This document shows, one piece after another, positions 9,914-18,706 of a stretch of 64,000 nucleotides of DNA (the stretch's first letter is position 1; every line of letters begins with the position of its first letter). Under the pieces are notes generated by a model. It saw only the letters and a program-made list of their open reading frames with translations. It had not been told where the DNA came from and did no database searches. The stretch comes from Rhizobium sp. Q54 (GTDB taxonomy: Bacteria; Pseudomonadota; Alphaproteobacteria; UBA7879; VGCX01). A program made the position numbers and the translations under genes. The stretch covers positions 5,290 to 69,289 of the forward strand of contig CAMBTM010000003.1 of the NCBI GenBank assembly GCA_945870825.1. Reading direction: 5' to 3'.

Positions 9914-10861
9914 ATGGTTACTTTAGAATTTGAAAAGCACATCAGTGCCCTTGAGAAGAAAATCGATGAACTTCGCCATATGTCCAAAGAAGATGGTGTG
10001 AGCATTGTCGATGAAATTTCCAAATTACAGTCCAAGGTTGATAAGCTTTTGAAAGAAAAGTATGAAAAACTTTCTCCTTGGGAAAAAGTCCTTGTGGCAC
10101 GCCATCCAGAAAGGCCCCATTTTACAGACTACATTGCGGAACTTGTGGAGGACTTTATTGAGCTCTCAGGAGACCGTAGTTTTTCAGAAGATGCTGCAAT
10201 TGTTGGGGGGTTTGGTAAATTTAGGGGGCAACCTGTCCTCATTATGGGCCATGAAAAAGGTCGCGACACGACATCCAGGCTGAAACACAATTTTGGAATG
10301 CCACGACCAGAAGGGTACCGAAAGGCCCAACGGTTGATGAAATTGGCCGATCACTATGGTCTTCCCATTATAACCTTGGTTGATACAGCAGGGGCTTATC
10401 CAGGCATTGACGCTGAAGAACGGGGGCAGTCTGAAGCCATCGCTCGGTCTATCGAAGTATGTTTATCCGTTAAGGTGCCGTTGTTAACGGTTATTATTGG
10501 AGAAGGGGGATCAGGGGGCGCTATTGCAATTGCTGCTGCCAACCGTATCTTTATGCTTGAGCATGCCATTTATTCAGTTATTTCTCCTGAAGGATGTGCC
10601 TCCATTTTGTGGCGCAGTAGCGATAAAAAACAAGATGCAGCAGAAGCTCAAAAGTTGACAGCCCAAGATCTTTTAAAGTTGAAGGTCATTGATGGGATTA
10701 TTAAAGAACCCTTGGGGGGCGCCCACCGGGATCATAAAGAAGCAATTAAAAATCTTGGTGATATGCTGGCAAAAGAACTTGAAAAACAGATGACTCTTTC
10801 ACCCCAAGATCTTTTAGGCGAGCGTCACAAGAAATTCTTAGATATGGGTCGCGTTTCTTAG
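9914..10861 (+). CDS. accA: Acetyl-CoA carboxylase carboxyltransferase alpha subunit
   Basis: 315 aa. ..ARHPERPHFTDYI.., ..GFGKFRGQPVLIMGHEKGRDT..NFGMPRPEGYRKA.., ..DTAGAYPGIDAEERGQSEAIA..GEGGSGGALA-like. Confidence 0.95.
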   Translation: MVTLEFEKHISALEKKIDELRHMSKEDGVSIVDEISKLQSKVDKLLKEKYEKLSPWEKVLVARHPERPHFTDYIAELVEDFIELSGDRSFSEDAAIVGGFGKFRGQPVLIMGHEKGRDTTSRLKHNFGMPRPEGYRKAQRLMKLADHYGLPIITLVDTAGAYPGIDAEERGQSEAIARSIEVCLSVKVPLLTVIIGEGGSGGAIAIAAANRIFMLEHAIYSVISPEGCASILWRSSDKKQDAAEAQKLTAQDLLKLKVIDGIIKEPLGGAHRDHKEAIKNLGDMLAKELEKQMTLSPQDLLGERHKKFLDMGRVS

Positions 10862-10955
10862 TTTTATCCCCCTATAAGCCCAAAAAAATGTGTGGTATTA
10901 TTTTAACAATAATACCATTGCCGTGTAGGATATAAAAAAATTAAAGGGGCTTTCA

Positions 10956-12368
10956 ATGGAAATTATGTCGATTCAGCGTTATGCCTATAGAAAATTTCTC
11001 CCGTCCGTTGTGATTCAGTTTTTTCTGATCTTAAGTTACCTGTGTCTCCAAGATATTAAAGCCAGAAGCCTTATTGAAACAGGGCTTCATGATACGCTCT
11101 TTTCGGCATATCTTTGGGGGGGATTGCCGTTGTCAATTCTCTTTGTGGTTGCTTATTTTAAGGTTACCAATGTCTTGGAACGCTGCCATCATCTTTCCTT
11201 TTTCCTTATCCCTTTCGGGGTTTTCTTTTTACTTTATGCGTATGTGTTACATCCCTATAAGGGTCATTTTCATATCTCATCTGCTGAATTTATTGCATTG
11301 ATGCAGAAATATCCAGGGTTTGCAGGGCCTATCCAATTCTATGCCCATTGGGCAACAGGTCTTTTGTTGATGCTCATTGATATTTGGGGAAGTTTCGTCG
11401 TGGGTGTTTTATTTTGGCAGTTCATGAATGATACGACATCGATCAAACAAGCCCGCACAGCCTATCCATTGTTTGGTATTGGGGCTTTGTTTGCAACAAG
11501 TATAGGATTGGCCTTAACGACGATCCTTTCTCACCATACGGCATACTATGATGAATATTTGCGTTTTTCTGTTTTTCTTATTACGTGCTTTTGTGGATGT
11601 GCAGCGTTGATTCAGCGTTATATGTATACGTCTGCTCCTGTCGGTCAGGATAAATTATCTATGGGAATTTTTGAAACATTTGGGTATGTCTTTACATCCC
11701 GCTATCTTGCTTACATGGCCATTATGGGGGTCAGTTTTGGGGTTATCATCCATCTTTTTGAAAGATTATTTTTTAATTACAAAATGGCGATTGTGCATAT
11801 TCAATCATACATTGATCCAGGGATTGCATCTTTCTTAGTATCCTTTTTAGGGATATCGATTAGTATTTTTATGGCCCTTTTTTCTATTCGCCTCATGAAC
11901 AGAAAAAATGGTTGGTTTAAATCAGCGATTGTAACGCCCATTATGTTGATTGCTCTGTCGATTTTTATATTGATTGCTTTTGATAGCAAAGAACTGATGA
12001 CCTCGAACGCTATGCTTTTTGTGATGATGTCCTGTATGTTCACATTCATCCAACACATTAAACCGTTTTTTTTCAAACCCCTTATGGAGATGGCGTATAT
12101 TCCTTTGCCTTTTGAATTAAAGGTCAAAGGGAAAGCTGTTCTTGATTTGACTGTTGAACGCTTTGCTGTTGCGTTGGGGGTGCCAACATTCACCATGATT
12201 TCTATAGTTGCAGCCCGGTGGGATCCCTCTATGCGTCTCGAGATCCCTATTCTTTGGGTTATCATAGGACTCAGTATTGTGTATGCTTTTTGTGCAGCAG
12301 GACTGTCGAAAGAGTTCAAGATACTCACGCAAGATACGTCTTGTTCTGTTTTCTCTTGTTTCAAATAA
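10956..12368 (+). CDS. tlc: TLC-family nucleotide (ATP/ADP) translocase
   Basis: 470 aa, ~12 TM. ..YRKFLPSVVIQFFLILSYLCLQDIKA.. and ..IDIWGSFVVGVLFWQFMNDTTSIKQARTAYPLFGIGA.. parallel the rickettsial/chlamydial Tlc motifs (KFLP..., ELWG..mlslLFWqFAN.it...eAKRfY..FG). Confidence 0.85.
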   Translation: MEIMSIQRYAYRKFLPSVVIQFFLILSYLCLQDIKARSLIETGLHDTLFSAYLWGGLPLSILFVVAYFKVTNVLERCHHLSFFLIPFGVFFLLYAYVLHPYKGHFHISSAEFIALMQKYPGFAGPIQFYAHWATGLLLMLIDIWGSFVVGVLFWQFMNDTTSIKQARTAYPLFGIGALFATSIGLALTTILSHHTAYYDEYLRFSVFLITCFCGCAALIQRYMYTSAPVGQDKLSMGIFETFGYVFTSRYLAYMAIMGVSFGVIIHLFERLFFNYKMAIVHIQSYIDPGIASFLVSFLGISISIFMALFSIRLMNRKNGWFKSAIVTPIMLIALSIFILIAFDSKELMTSNAMLFVMMSCMFTFIQHIKPFFFKPLMEMAYIPLPFELKVKGKAVLDLTVERFAVALGVPTFTMISIVAARWDPSMRLEIPILWVIIGLSIVYAFCAAGLSKEFKILTQDTSCSVFSCFK

Positions 12369-12400
12369 TATTTACATGACAACTTGTTAAGAGAATCTCT

Positions 12401-13831
12401 TTACAGGTCTTCCAAAATCGCCAAGAGGATATTGTCCATCAAGGATTTTCTCTCTTTTTCTTTCTCGCGATGACCAGTGATGAAAATAGTGACAATGTAA
12501 GGTGATTGACCATTTTTCTGGAGATATCCACCAAAGTTTGTAATGCCGCGCATTTGGCCTGTTTTCCCCAAGATTTTTGAGCAAGGTGGTAAGTCTTTCA
12601 ATCGGCTCGATAAGGTTCCGTCAACACCTGCTTGCGATAGACAGTCTAAAAACCCTTGACCCAGTTTTGCATAAATTTTTCTCAAGATTTGACTTAAGGT
12701 TGACGGGGTCAACCGGTTATAAAAAGAAAGACCTGATCCACTTTGCAGATCATCTTCTGGGGAAAAAGTAACACCAAAAACCTTTTCCATGTGACCCTTT
12801 AATGCACGCCCTGCAAAATCCCAGTTGCGCGGCCAAGAAGGGTTTTGTGTTAACTTCCCAAAAAGCGCATCTGTGACAAGATTGTTAGAATCTTTTAAAC
12901 AAAGATTCAAAAGTTTCTCCAACTTGGACGAAGAATATGAAAACTTTTTTAACCCTTTTCCAGACGGCAATTTGTCTCTAAACACGATGTTCGCCGTGAC
13001 ATGATGCCGTTTTAAAGCCTCAACAAGGAACGCCCTTATATAAGGTTCCATAGCATGGGGCAAAACAGGTAAACACATTTTGGCCTCAAACAAGGTCGTC
13101 ACACATCCTGTCACGGTAATTTTTTTGCCATCAAAATAAAGGGCTGAGCGTTGCACCTGATCCCATTGACCCACAATAGGGTCAACAAAACATATGTCTG
13201 CCGTATGGGTTTTATTTTCAACAGGAAATGCAGGTTGCCCCTCATCCAATGTAATGCGTGCTTGGTCTGTCTTTGACTTGCCAGATAGATCAAAGCTTAC
13301 ACGATTTTGGTTGATGACCGCAGAAGACACGATTCCCCCATAACAAAATTCGATCCCTTCATGGGGACATCCGGGAGACGTAGGGGGCAGATCTTCTGGT
13401 CGCGTCATCACAACATACAATGTTTTCCCTATCAACCCTTTGGTTTTAGCTTCTTGAAAGATATGATTGAGGTCTTTCAGATTCAACAAAGGATCACCCC
13501 CAAAAACAAGATAGGTCGCATTGTTTTTGGGATCATAAACAATCTCTGTCACAAAAGGGGTTTTGCCAAAAGATGAGGAAAGGTGAGGAATAAGTCCCGG
13601 ATCCTTAGAGGCTGCCAACGCTAAGGCGGCTGGAAGAATTTTTTGCGTACTTGCGGTTACAAAAGACTGTTGAGCATTTCTGGAAAAAATTACCTGACCT
13701 TTAATATCTTGAACCTCTATCCCAATAGAAAAAGAGGAATCTGTAGTCTGGAGCAGATGTTGAATTTTTGACTCTATTGCGTAAGAGATAAGAGGATACC
13801 CAAGCAAACAGGAAATAAGAAATTTTTTCAT
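12401..13831 (-). CDS. dacB: D-alanyl-D-alanine carboxypeptidase/endopeptidase, PBP4 (peptidase S13)
   Basis: ORF 12401-13918. The ATG at 13831 (MKKFLISCLLGYPLISYA, signal peptide) avoids overlap with the upstream gene. S-x-x-K as in E. coli PBP4 (..TASTQKILP..), S-x-N (..KDSNNL..), KTG (..LGKTGQMRG..). Confidence 0.85.
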   Translation of the reverse strand: MKKFLISCLLGYPLISYAIESKIQHLLQTTDSSFSIGIEVQDIKGQVIFSRNAQQSFVTASTQKILPAALALAASKDPGLIPHLSSSFGKTPFVTEIVYDPKNNATYLVFGGDPLLNLKDLNHIFQEAKTKGLIGKTLYVVMTRPEDLPPTSPGCPHEGIEFCYGGIVSSAVINQNRVSFDLSGKSKTDQARITLDEGQPAFPVENKTHTADICFVDPIVGQWDQVQRSALYFDGKKITVTGCVTTLFEAKMCLPVLPHAMEPYIRAFLVEALKRHHVTANIVFRDKLPSGKGLKKFSYSSSKLEKLLNLCLKDSNNLVTDALFGKLTQNPSWPRNWDFAGRALKGHMEKVFGVTFSPEDDLQSGSGLSFYNRLTPSTLSQILRKIYAKLGQGFLDCLSQAGVDGTLSSRLKDLPPCSKILGKTGQMRGITNFGGYLQKNGQSPYIVTIFITGHREKEKERKSLMDNILLAILEDL

Positions 13832-13850
13832 AAAAGTACATATAAATGAT

Positions 13851-16421
13851 TTATATGATCGAGCCAAGGCCCATCGCAGCAAGCGCATCATTAAAATAGA
13901 TGGTAAGCCCAAGACCAAAACGGTTGTCGATAATGGTCTGTTTTTCTCTAGCTACTGGGTTAGTTGTGCCTTTGAATTCAAGATTGGGATAATAATCCAT
14001 GGTCCAATCACCCCGAATACCAAGGACACGACTGACGGTGACTTCAAGGCCACCGCCTGTACGAATACCAAAGAGGTATTTATGAATTTTACGGGCTACA
14101 CCAATTTGTTGTTGTGTTAAACCTGTTCCGCCATTATCAAACGAACGGCTAAACTTAGCTGATGCGAATCCCAACTTTCCATAAGCCACAACTCCATGGT
14201 TCAGGATATAACCAAAGCGTCCAACACCACCCCACCGCCATTTCAAGGCATCTTGGAAGGATTCATAGTTCGTTCCTGTTTGGAAATCGACACGTTGCGT
14301 TGTCACAGTTTCAGACAATGAAATATCCGTTTCACCAGCATAGTAGAACCGGCCTTTTGCCTTTGCATACCCTAAATAAAATCCCCAGACAGGATCTGTA
14401 TTGCTATCGCCGCCATAGTAGCTGACCTTATTGGCGCCAATCGTGTTATTAAACGTACGCTTGGCGTACATGGTATTTAAGGCAAAGGTCACACCCCCAT
14501 AAAGGCCTCTCACAACACTTTCTTCGTAGATGGGAGACGCTGCAGGGCCTGACATGACCTTAAAGTGGTGGGTCATACCAAGGGAGAATTGATTAAGGAT
14601 AAAGCGATGCTTTATAGTTTGCGTACCATTTTCATATCTAAAAGGCTGATAGGTTACTTGATTTAATTCGAAATGAACGGAAGTGTAGTCATTATAGGCG
14701 GCATCAATACCTACACCATAAAGGAATCCCGTCCTGTTTTTGCGGGCATAATTTCCAGCTGGAACCACTTCACCGGTAGAATCAGGAGTTCCCTTAAAAA
14801 AGAAGTCTGTGCTGACAGCACCAAAACGAGCATACAATAGCGCCATGGGGGATACATAGCCACCCACACGCATACTTCCACCCCAGGTCATATCGATGTT
14901 CAAGGATCCCTCATAAAAAGATCCAGCGGTTCCTTGGAAAGAACGGGTTTGTTTATCAAGATAGTATCCCACCATTAATTCTCCACCCACGTAAAGACTG
15001 CTTGGTAGTTCGAGTCCAAAACCCATATAACCGTCAAATCCTCCTCCTGTAACCCCTGCATACATTTTATGGGTAGCACCATTTCCATTATCAACTTCTT
15101 CCTTGTCTTCAGAGCCAAAGAATTTAAGATTCCATCCCGCATAAAGTCCTTGACCAATACTAACTGTGGGTGAAACACCTCCGCGGTAAAGTATAGGGAT
15201 TGTCTCTATTGCTTCCTTATTATTTTCATGATCAACCAATTCTTCTGTCGTTGCATCCACAAGCCATTCTGGTAATTTATGTTCATTAGTATTCAAATGT
15301 ATAATGAACCGATGAGACTGTGTGTTGCCTCCAGATACAGTCTTTTTTCCAATAACGTTGGTTCCTTTCTTTACACTAAACACAAGATTTGTTCCATCGG
15401 GTGACGATTGATCAACGGTATACCCATCAATAAGCCCCCCGTTTTTATCCAAAGCATTCACATTCATCCAATCAACTTTTGGAAGATGAACTATTATCTG
15501 ATGCGTATAGTCGTTATCTGTGACGTCTAGGTTCAAGGGTTCTTTTGTAACAAATTTAATCACCGTGTCGTCATTTTGAGTCAAGATATCCATGCTTTGA
15601 ATCAGTCCCGTATCGTTCATTATGGGGCGGGGGCGGGGTTGTGTTGGGTCGAAAAGATTGGAATCTCCCACGGACGAAATCGTATCAGGCATCAAATCAA
15701 TAATATACTTTGGATTAGACCCATTGGCATCTTGGATATAAGACTTCCCCACCTTTGTTCCTGGCATAGTCTTTATTTTCAAAAACATACGATCATTTTG
15801 TTCCAAAAGCTCATACCCCATGAATAAGCCAGATGGTGCCTCCATCGTCGTTTGGGCTTCCCAGCGAAGACGTTCATCTGGCACCACACGGGTCTCAGTT
15901 CCTCCTTGATTCGTTGAGAAATTTAGATTTGTTGCTTGATTCATATAAAGAACTATACGGGTTGCATCCCCACTTTGGCCTACTTGTACTTTTTTAACGA
16001 CCACCGTTTCATGGCTTGGTCTGGATTGAACTGATGGATCTCCTCCAGTTGCCTGCAATAGAACTTCATAGTGGTAGGTGCTGCCGCGTGGAACCATATT
16101 GGCACTAACGATACGGAATCCGGGTTTTGTCCGAATCACTAATTCTCCACCACCGCTGGAATAATCTTCTATGTAGTAGTCTTTGATATCTCCCTCGCCA
16201 GATCCCTTTTTGTCCATGGCCCAATCACTTAAAGAGAATCCGTCAATTACAAAAACTTCATCCGATTCAGAAACAGCTTTGAGGGGAATGGGGGTATCCA
16301 TGACAAGTGACAACAAGGTGCCATTCTCTTGCGGACGCATCACAATTTTTTTAATAGAAGATAATGCTTCGGACGATAGCACAACAAGAAAAAGAAAGAG
16401 TGTTATAAGTCTATTGAACAA
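13851..16421 (-). CDS. Large outer membrane protein: signal peptide + three AMIN-like modules + two tandem OMP beta-barrel domains
   Basis: 856 aa. MFNRLITLFLFLVVLSSEALS signal. Three ~100-aa modules each open with a conserved strand pattern (IKKIVMRPQENGTLLSLVMD.., VKKVQVGQSGDATRIVLYMN.., IQSMDILTQNDDTVIKFVTK..). There are two C-terminal regions with alternating-hydrophobic strands ending ..LNQFSLGMTHHF and ..NRFGLGLTIYF. Domain names come from pattern recognition only. Confidence 0.65.
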   Translation of the reverse strand: MFNRLITLFLFLVVLSSEALSSIKKIVMRPQENGTLLSLVMDTPIPLKAVSESDEVFVIDGFSLSDWAMDKKGSGEGDIKDYYIEDYSSGGGELVIRTKPGFRIVSANMVPRGSTYHYEVLLQATGGDPSVQSRPSHETVVVKKVQVGQSGDATRIVLYMNQATNLNFSTNQGGTETRVVPDERLRWEAQTTMEAPSGLFMGYELLEQNDRMFLKIKTMPGTKVGKSYIQDANGSNPKYIIDLMPDTISSVGDSNLFDPTQPRPRPIMNDTGLIQSMDILTQNDDTVIKFVTKEPLNLDVTDNDYTHQIIVHLPKVDWMNVNALDKNGGLIDGYTVDQSSPDGTNLVFSVKKGTNVIGKKTVSGGNTQSHRFIIHLNTNEHKLPEWLVDATTEELVDHENNKEAIETIPILYRGGVSPTVSIGQGLYAGWNLKFFGSEDKEEVDNGNGATHKMYAGVTGGGFDGYMGFGLELPSSLYVGGELMVGYYLDKQTRSFQGTAGSFYEGSLNIDMTWGGSMRVGGYVSPMALLYARFGAVSTDFFFKGTPDSTGEVVPAGNYARKNRTGFLYGVGIDAAYNDYTSVHFELNQVTYQPFRYENGTQTIKHRFILNQFSLGMTHHFKVMSGPAASPIYEESVVRGLYGGVTFALNTMYAKRTFNNTIGANKVSYYGGDSNTDPVWGFYLGYAKAKGRFYYAGETDISLSETVTTQRVDFQTGTNYESFQDALKWRWGGVGRFGYILNHGVVAYGKLGFASAKFSRSFDNGGTGLTQQQIGVARKIHKYLFGIRTGGGLEVTVSRVLGIRGDWTMDYYPNLEFKGTTNPVAREKQTIIDNRFGLGLTIYFNDALAAMGLGSII

Positions 16422-16543
16422 GGCCAGCCCATTATTTTTTATAATTTTTCTTTTAATCTATAACAGTTCCTGAGTTTTTTCCAGGGAAAGTTAAGTGATG
16501 TCAACGCAATTTAGGAATGTCCTTCTCAATTGTATGATGACCA

Positions 16544-17281
16544 TCAAGCGGCAATAGCCACCTTAATATGAGGAATAAGATCAGGTGCACCCAGTAAATG
16601 GGCAGCAGCAGTCAATAAATTGTCTTTATCGATGGGCTCTTTCTGTTCTTCAGGCCAAACGCTTTCACCAGGATCAGGCGGTGGAGTTTCCCCTTCCCGT
16701 GCTTTTTCTGTAGATTCCATGGTTTTGCGACCGATACCCCCCCCTTCTTCTTTGCCAGAGGTATCAATGGATAGTTGGGGAATGACAGATTTTTCTTCGC
16801 CCGTTTGGTGGCCTATTTTAGCTGCTTGATGAAAGTGGAGCGAGATGTTTTCTTGGCTAAATCCACTTTTCAGTCCTTCAGGTGTTTTTGTCATGCCTTG
16901 TAAATGAGAGGTTTGTGCTGTTTGCATCATTAGTACTGGATTTGACAACCGCCCAGGGTTTGCTGTTGTTATAGTCGTGCTACTTGGCAATTGGAGGATG
17001 ACATTCTGTCCCCTTGACGTAGGCAGACTCGGAGAGTTTGTGACGGCTTGTTTAAGTGCCGTATCAGAGATTGCCTGAGATGATATACGGTTTGTACGTC
17101 CAACAGCACGGTTAAACCGTTCTTTAACATTACCCATAAAACGACCAACGCGACCAAAACGGCCTTGAGGCTGGCCTTGTTGATCGATTTCCACTGCCCC
17201 TGCAAACGTGGGTACAAGCGTATTCAAGATACAAAGAGATAAGAAAAGCACTAGAAATTTTTTCACGTTATAAAATGCCAA
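16544..17281 (-). CDS. Secreted low-complexity hypothetical protein
   Basis: 245 aa. Signal-peptide-like N-terminus (..KKFLVLFLSLCILNTLVPTFAGA; likely GTG start at 17266). The rest is S/T/Q/G/P/E-rich with no recognisable motif. Confidence 0.55.
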   Translation of the reverse strand: MAFYNVKKFLVLFLSLCILNTLVPTFAGAVEIDQQGQPQGRFGRVGRFMGNVKERFNRAVGRTNRISSQAISDTALKQAVTNSPSLPTSRGQNVILQLPSSTTITTANPGRLSNPVLMMQTAQTSHLQGMTKTPEGLKSGFSQENISLHFHQAAKIGHQTGEEKSVIPQLSIDTSGKEEGGGIGRKTMESTEKAREGETPPPDPGESVWPEEQKEPIDKDNLLTAAAHLLGAPDLIPHIKVAIAA

Positions 17282-17373
17282 TTGGCCCCGTTTGTTATTA
17301 TTATAATTTTATTCTACGCCAAGGATGACAGAAAGGTCAAATGGGTTTATAACGCTTAAAAAAAGAGGATAAC

Positions 17374-17907
17374 ATGACGGGTCAATCAAAGAATTTCATG
17401 GAATTAGCGCATAATAACCCTTGTGAGGGATGTCCGGCGCCTTGCTGTCAAATGCAGGTCATGCCATGGGTGCCACCACGGGCGTTGATGAGTGTGGACC
17501 ACATGCGGTTTTCACTTCTTTTCCCGGGAACAGAATTTATTGTGGCAGCAACCGGTGAATTTTCATTGGTGAAGTGGAGCACGTGCAGCTTGTTTAATGA
17601 AAAAACCTGTCGGTGCAGTGTGCACGGTACGCCCAAGCAGCCCCTAACTTGTGTACATTTTAACCCTTTTCAGTGTTGGTATAAACGGAATTTTGTAACT
17701 GACGGGCCGTCTCCCGATGTTTATCGCCTGAATATGGCGCGTTATGAGGTGTGGGTGAAGAACATAGAGTTTGATGATGACAATAATATCAAGGCCCTTC
17801 CTTCTTTTCAAGAGGCTCAAGAACTAGTGAAAGATATTCCCTTGGATTATATCTTCAAGAGAAATAAAGCATTGGTTAAAAATGAAGAGGTGCGGGCGAC
17901 AGCCTAA
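17374..17907 (+). CDS. Cys-rich YkgJ/UPF0153-like (CxxCxxCC) putative Fe-S/Zn protein
   Basis: 177 aa. ..NPCEGCPAPCCQMQV.. and ..CSLFNEKTCRCSVHGTPKQPLTCVHFNPFQCWYK.. fit the CxxCxxCC ... C-x-iY..RP..C pattern loosely. Confidence 0.55.
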   Translation: MTGQSKNFMELAHNNPCEGCPAPCCQMQVMPWVPPRALMSVDHMRFSLLFPGTEFIVAATGEFSLVKWSTCSLFNEKTCRCSVHGTPKQPLTCVHFNPFQCWYKRNFVTDGPSPDVYRLNMARYEVWVKNIEFDDDNNIKALPSFQEAQELVKDIPLDYIFKRNKALVKNEEVRATA

Positions 17908-17923
17908 GATCTTTGGATTAAAC

Positions 17924-18127
17924 TTAAGACTTTTGGATCAAACTAAAATCCAGATTTAAAATATTACCAACCTTCAAAAGAACCCCAAGGCTTGTGCCAT
18001 CAAGACCTGCTTCTAGCCGTTGAATGGACGTGCGACTAAGGTCTGCGCTTTTTGCGAGGTCCGATTGGGACATTTGCCCAAGCCGTCGGTAGTATCGCAC
18101 GTAATTGCCAATTTCTTTTTCAGTCAT
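17924..18127 (-). CDS. XRE-family helix-turn-helix transcriptional regulator
   Basis: 67 aa. ..YYRRLGQMSQSDLAKSADLSRTSIQRLEAG.. is a canonical HTH_3. Confidence 0.8.
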   Translation of the reverse strand: MTEKEIGNYVRYYRRLGQMSQSDLAKSADLSRTSIQRLEAGLDGTSLGVLLKVGNILNLDFSLIQKS

Positions 18128-18174
18128 AAAGTTATTATGAAAGAAATTGATTTATATATCAATCAATATTTTCA

Positions 18175-18531
18175 TCAATAACTATGCTGGTCATGCTCTT
18201 TTACAAACGACTTTAATTTCCGAAGAGCCACAAGTTTCTCTGCCGTTGTTTTGTGTTCTTCTTCAACGGTGCCAACGACATTACCATCAAGATCAAACCG
18301 CTCTTTCTTATGAGTAAGGGCTTTTTGGTAGGAAGGATGATTGGTATAAAACTTCAATGTACGTCGTATCTGAATCCGGCTGATGCTTTGATCTTCCGGC
18401 AGTTTTTCAAAAATATCTTTTAAGATGCCGACCTTCAGGGGAAGACCGTGATCATGTCTAAAACATTTGGGGAAGTGTTGAAACAACCACGCCTGGGTTT
18501 CAGCGATGACATGTTTTTGTCCATCATTCAT
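18175..18531 (-). CDS. ProQ/FinO-domain RNA chaperone
   Basis: 118 aa. ..HFPKCFRHDHGLPLKVGILKDIFEKL..SISRIQIRRTLKFYTNHPSYQKAL..ERFDLDGNVVGTVEEEH.. aligns position-for-position with the E. coli ProQ N-domain (FPHCF...PLKIGIFQDL...LRSALRLYTSSWRYL...RVDLDGNPCGELDEQH). Confidence 0.85.
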   Translation of the reverse strand: MNDGQKHVIAETQAWLFQHFPKCFRHDHGLPLKVGILKDIFEKLPEDQSISRIQIRRTLKFYTNHPSYQKALTHKKERFDLDGNVVGTVEEEHKTTAEKLVALRKLKSFVKEHDQHSY

Positions 18532-18706
18532 TTAGGCACACCTCTTGCTTTCGAAAATCAACATAGAGGGAGTGTATCAAATTTTTTTTTAAACCTCTAT
18601 CCCATAAATAGCTGTGAGGAATAAGAAATTAAGGTGTAATTTTATCTGTTCATAATAAAAAAATTTCCTTATAGTCCCACCTGGATTTTAGCTTTGGAGG
18701 ATTTTA

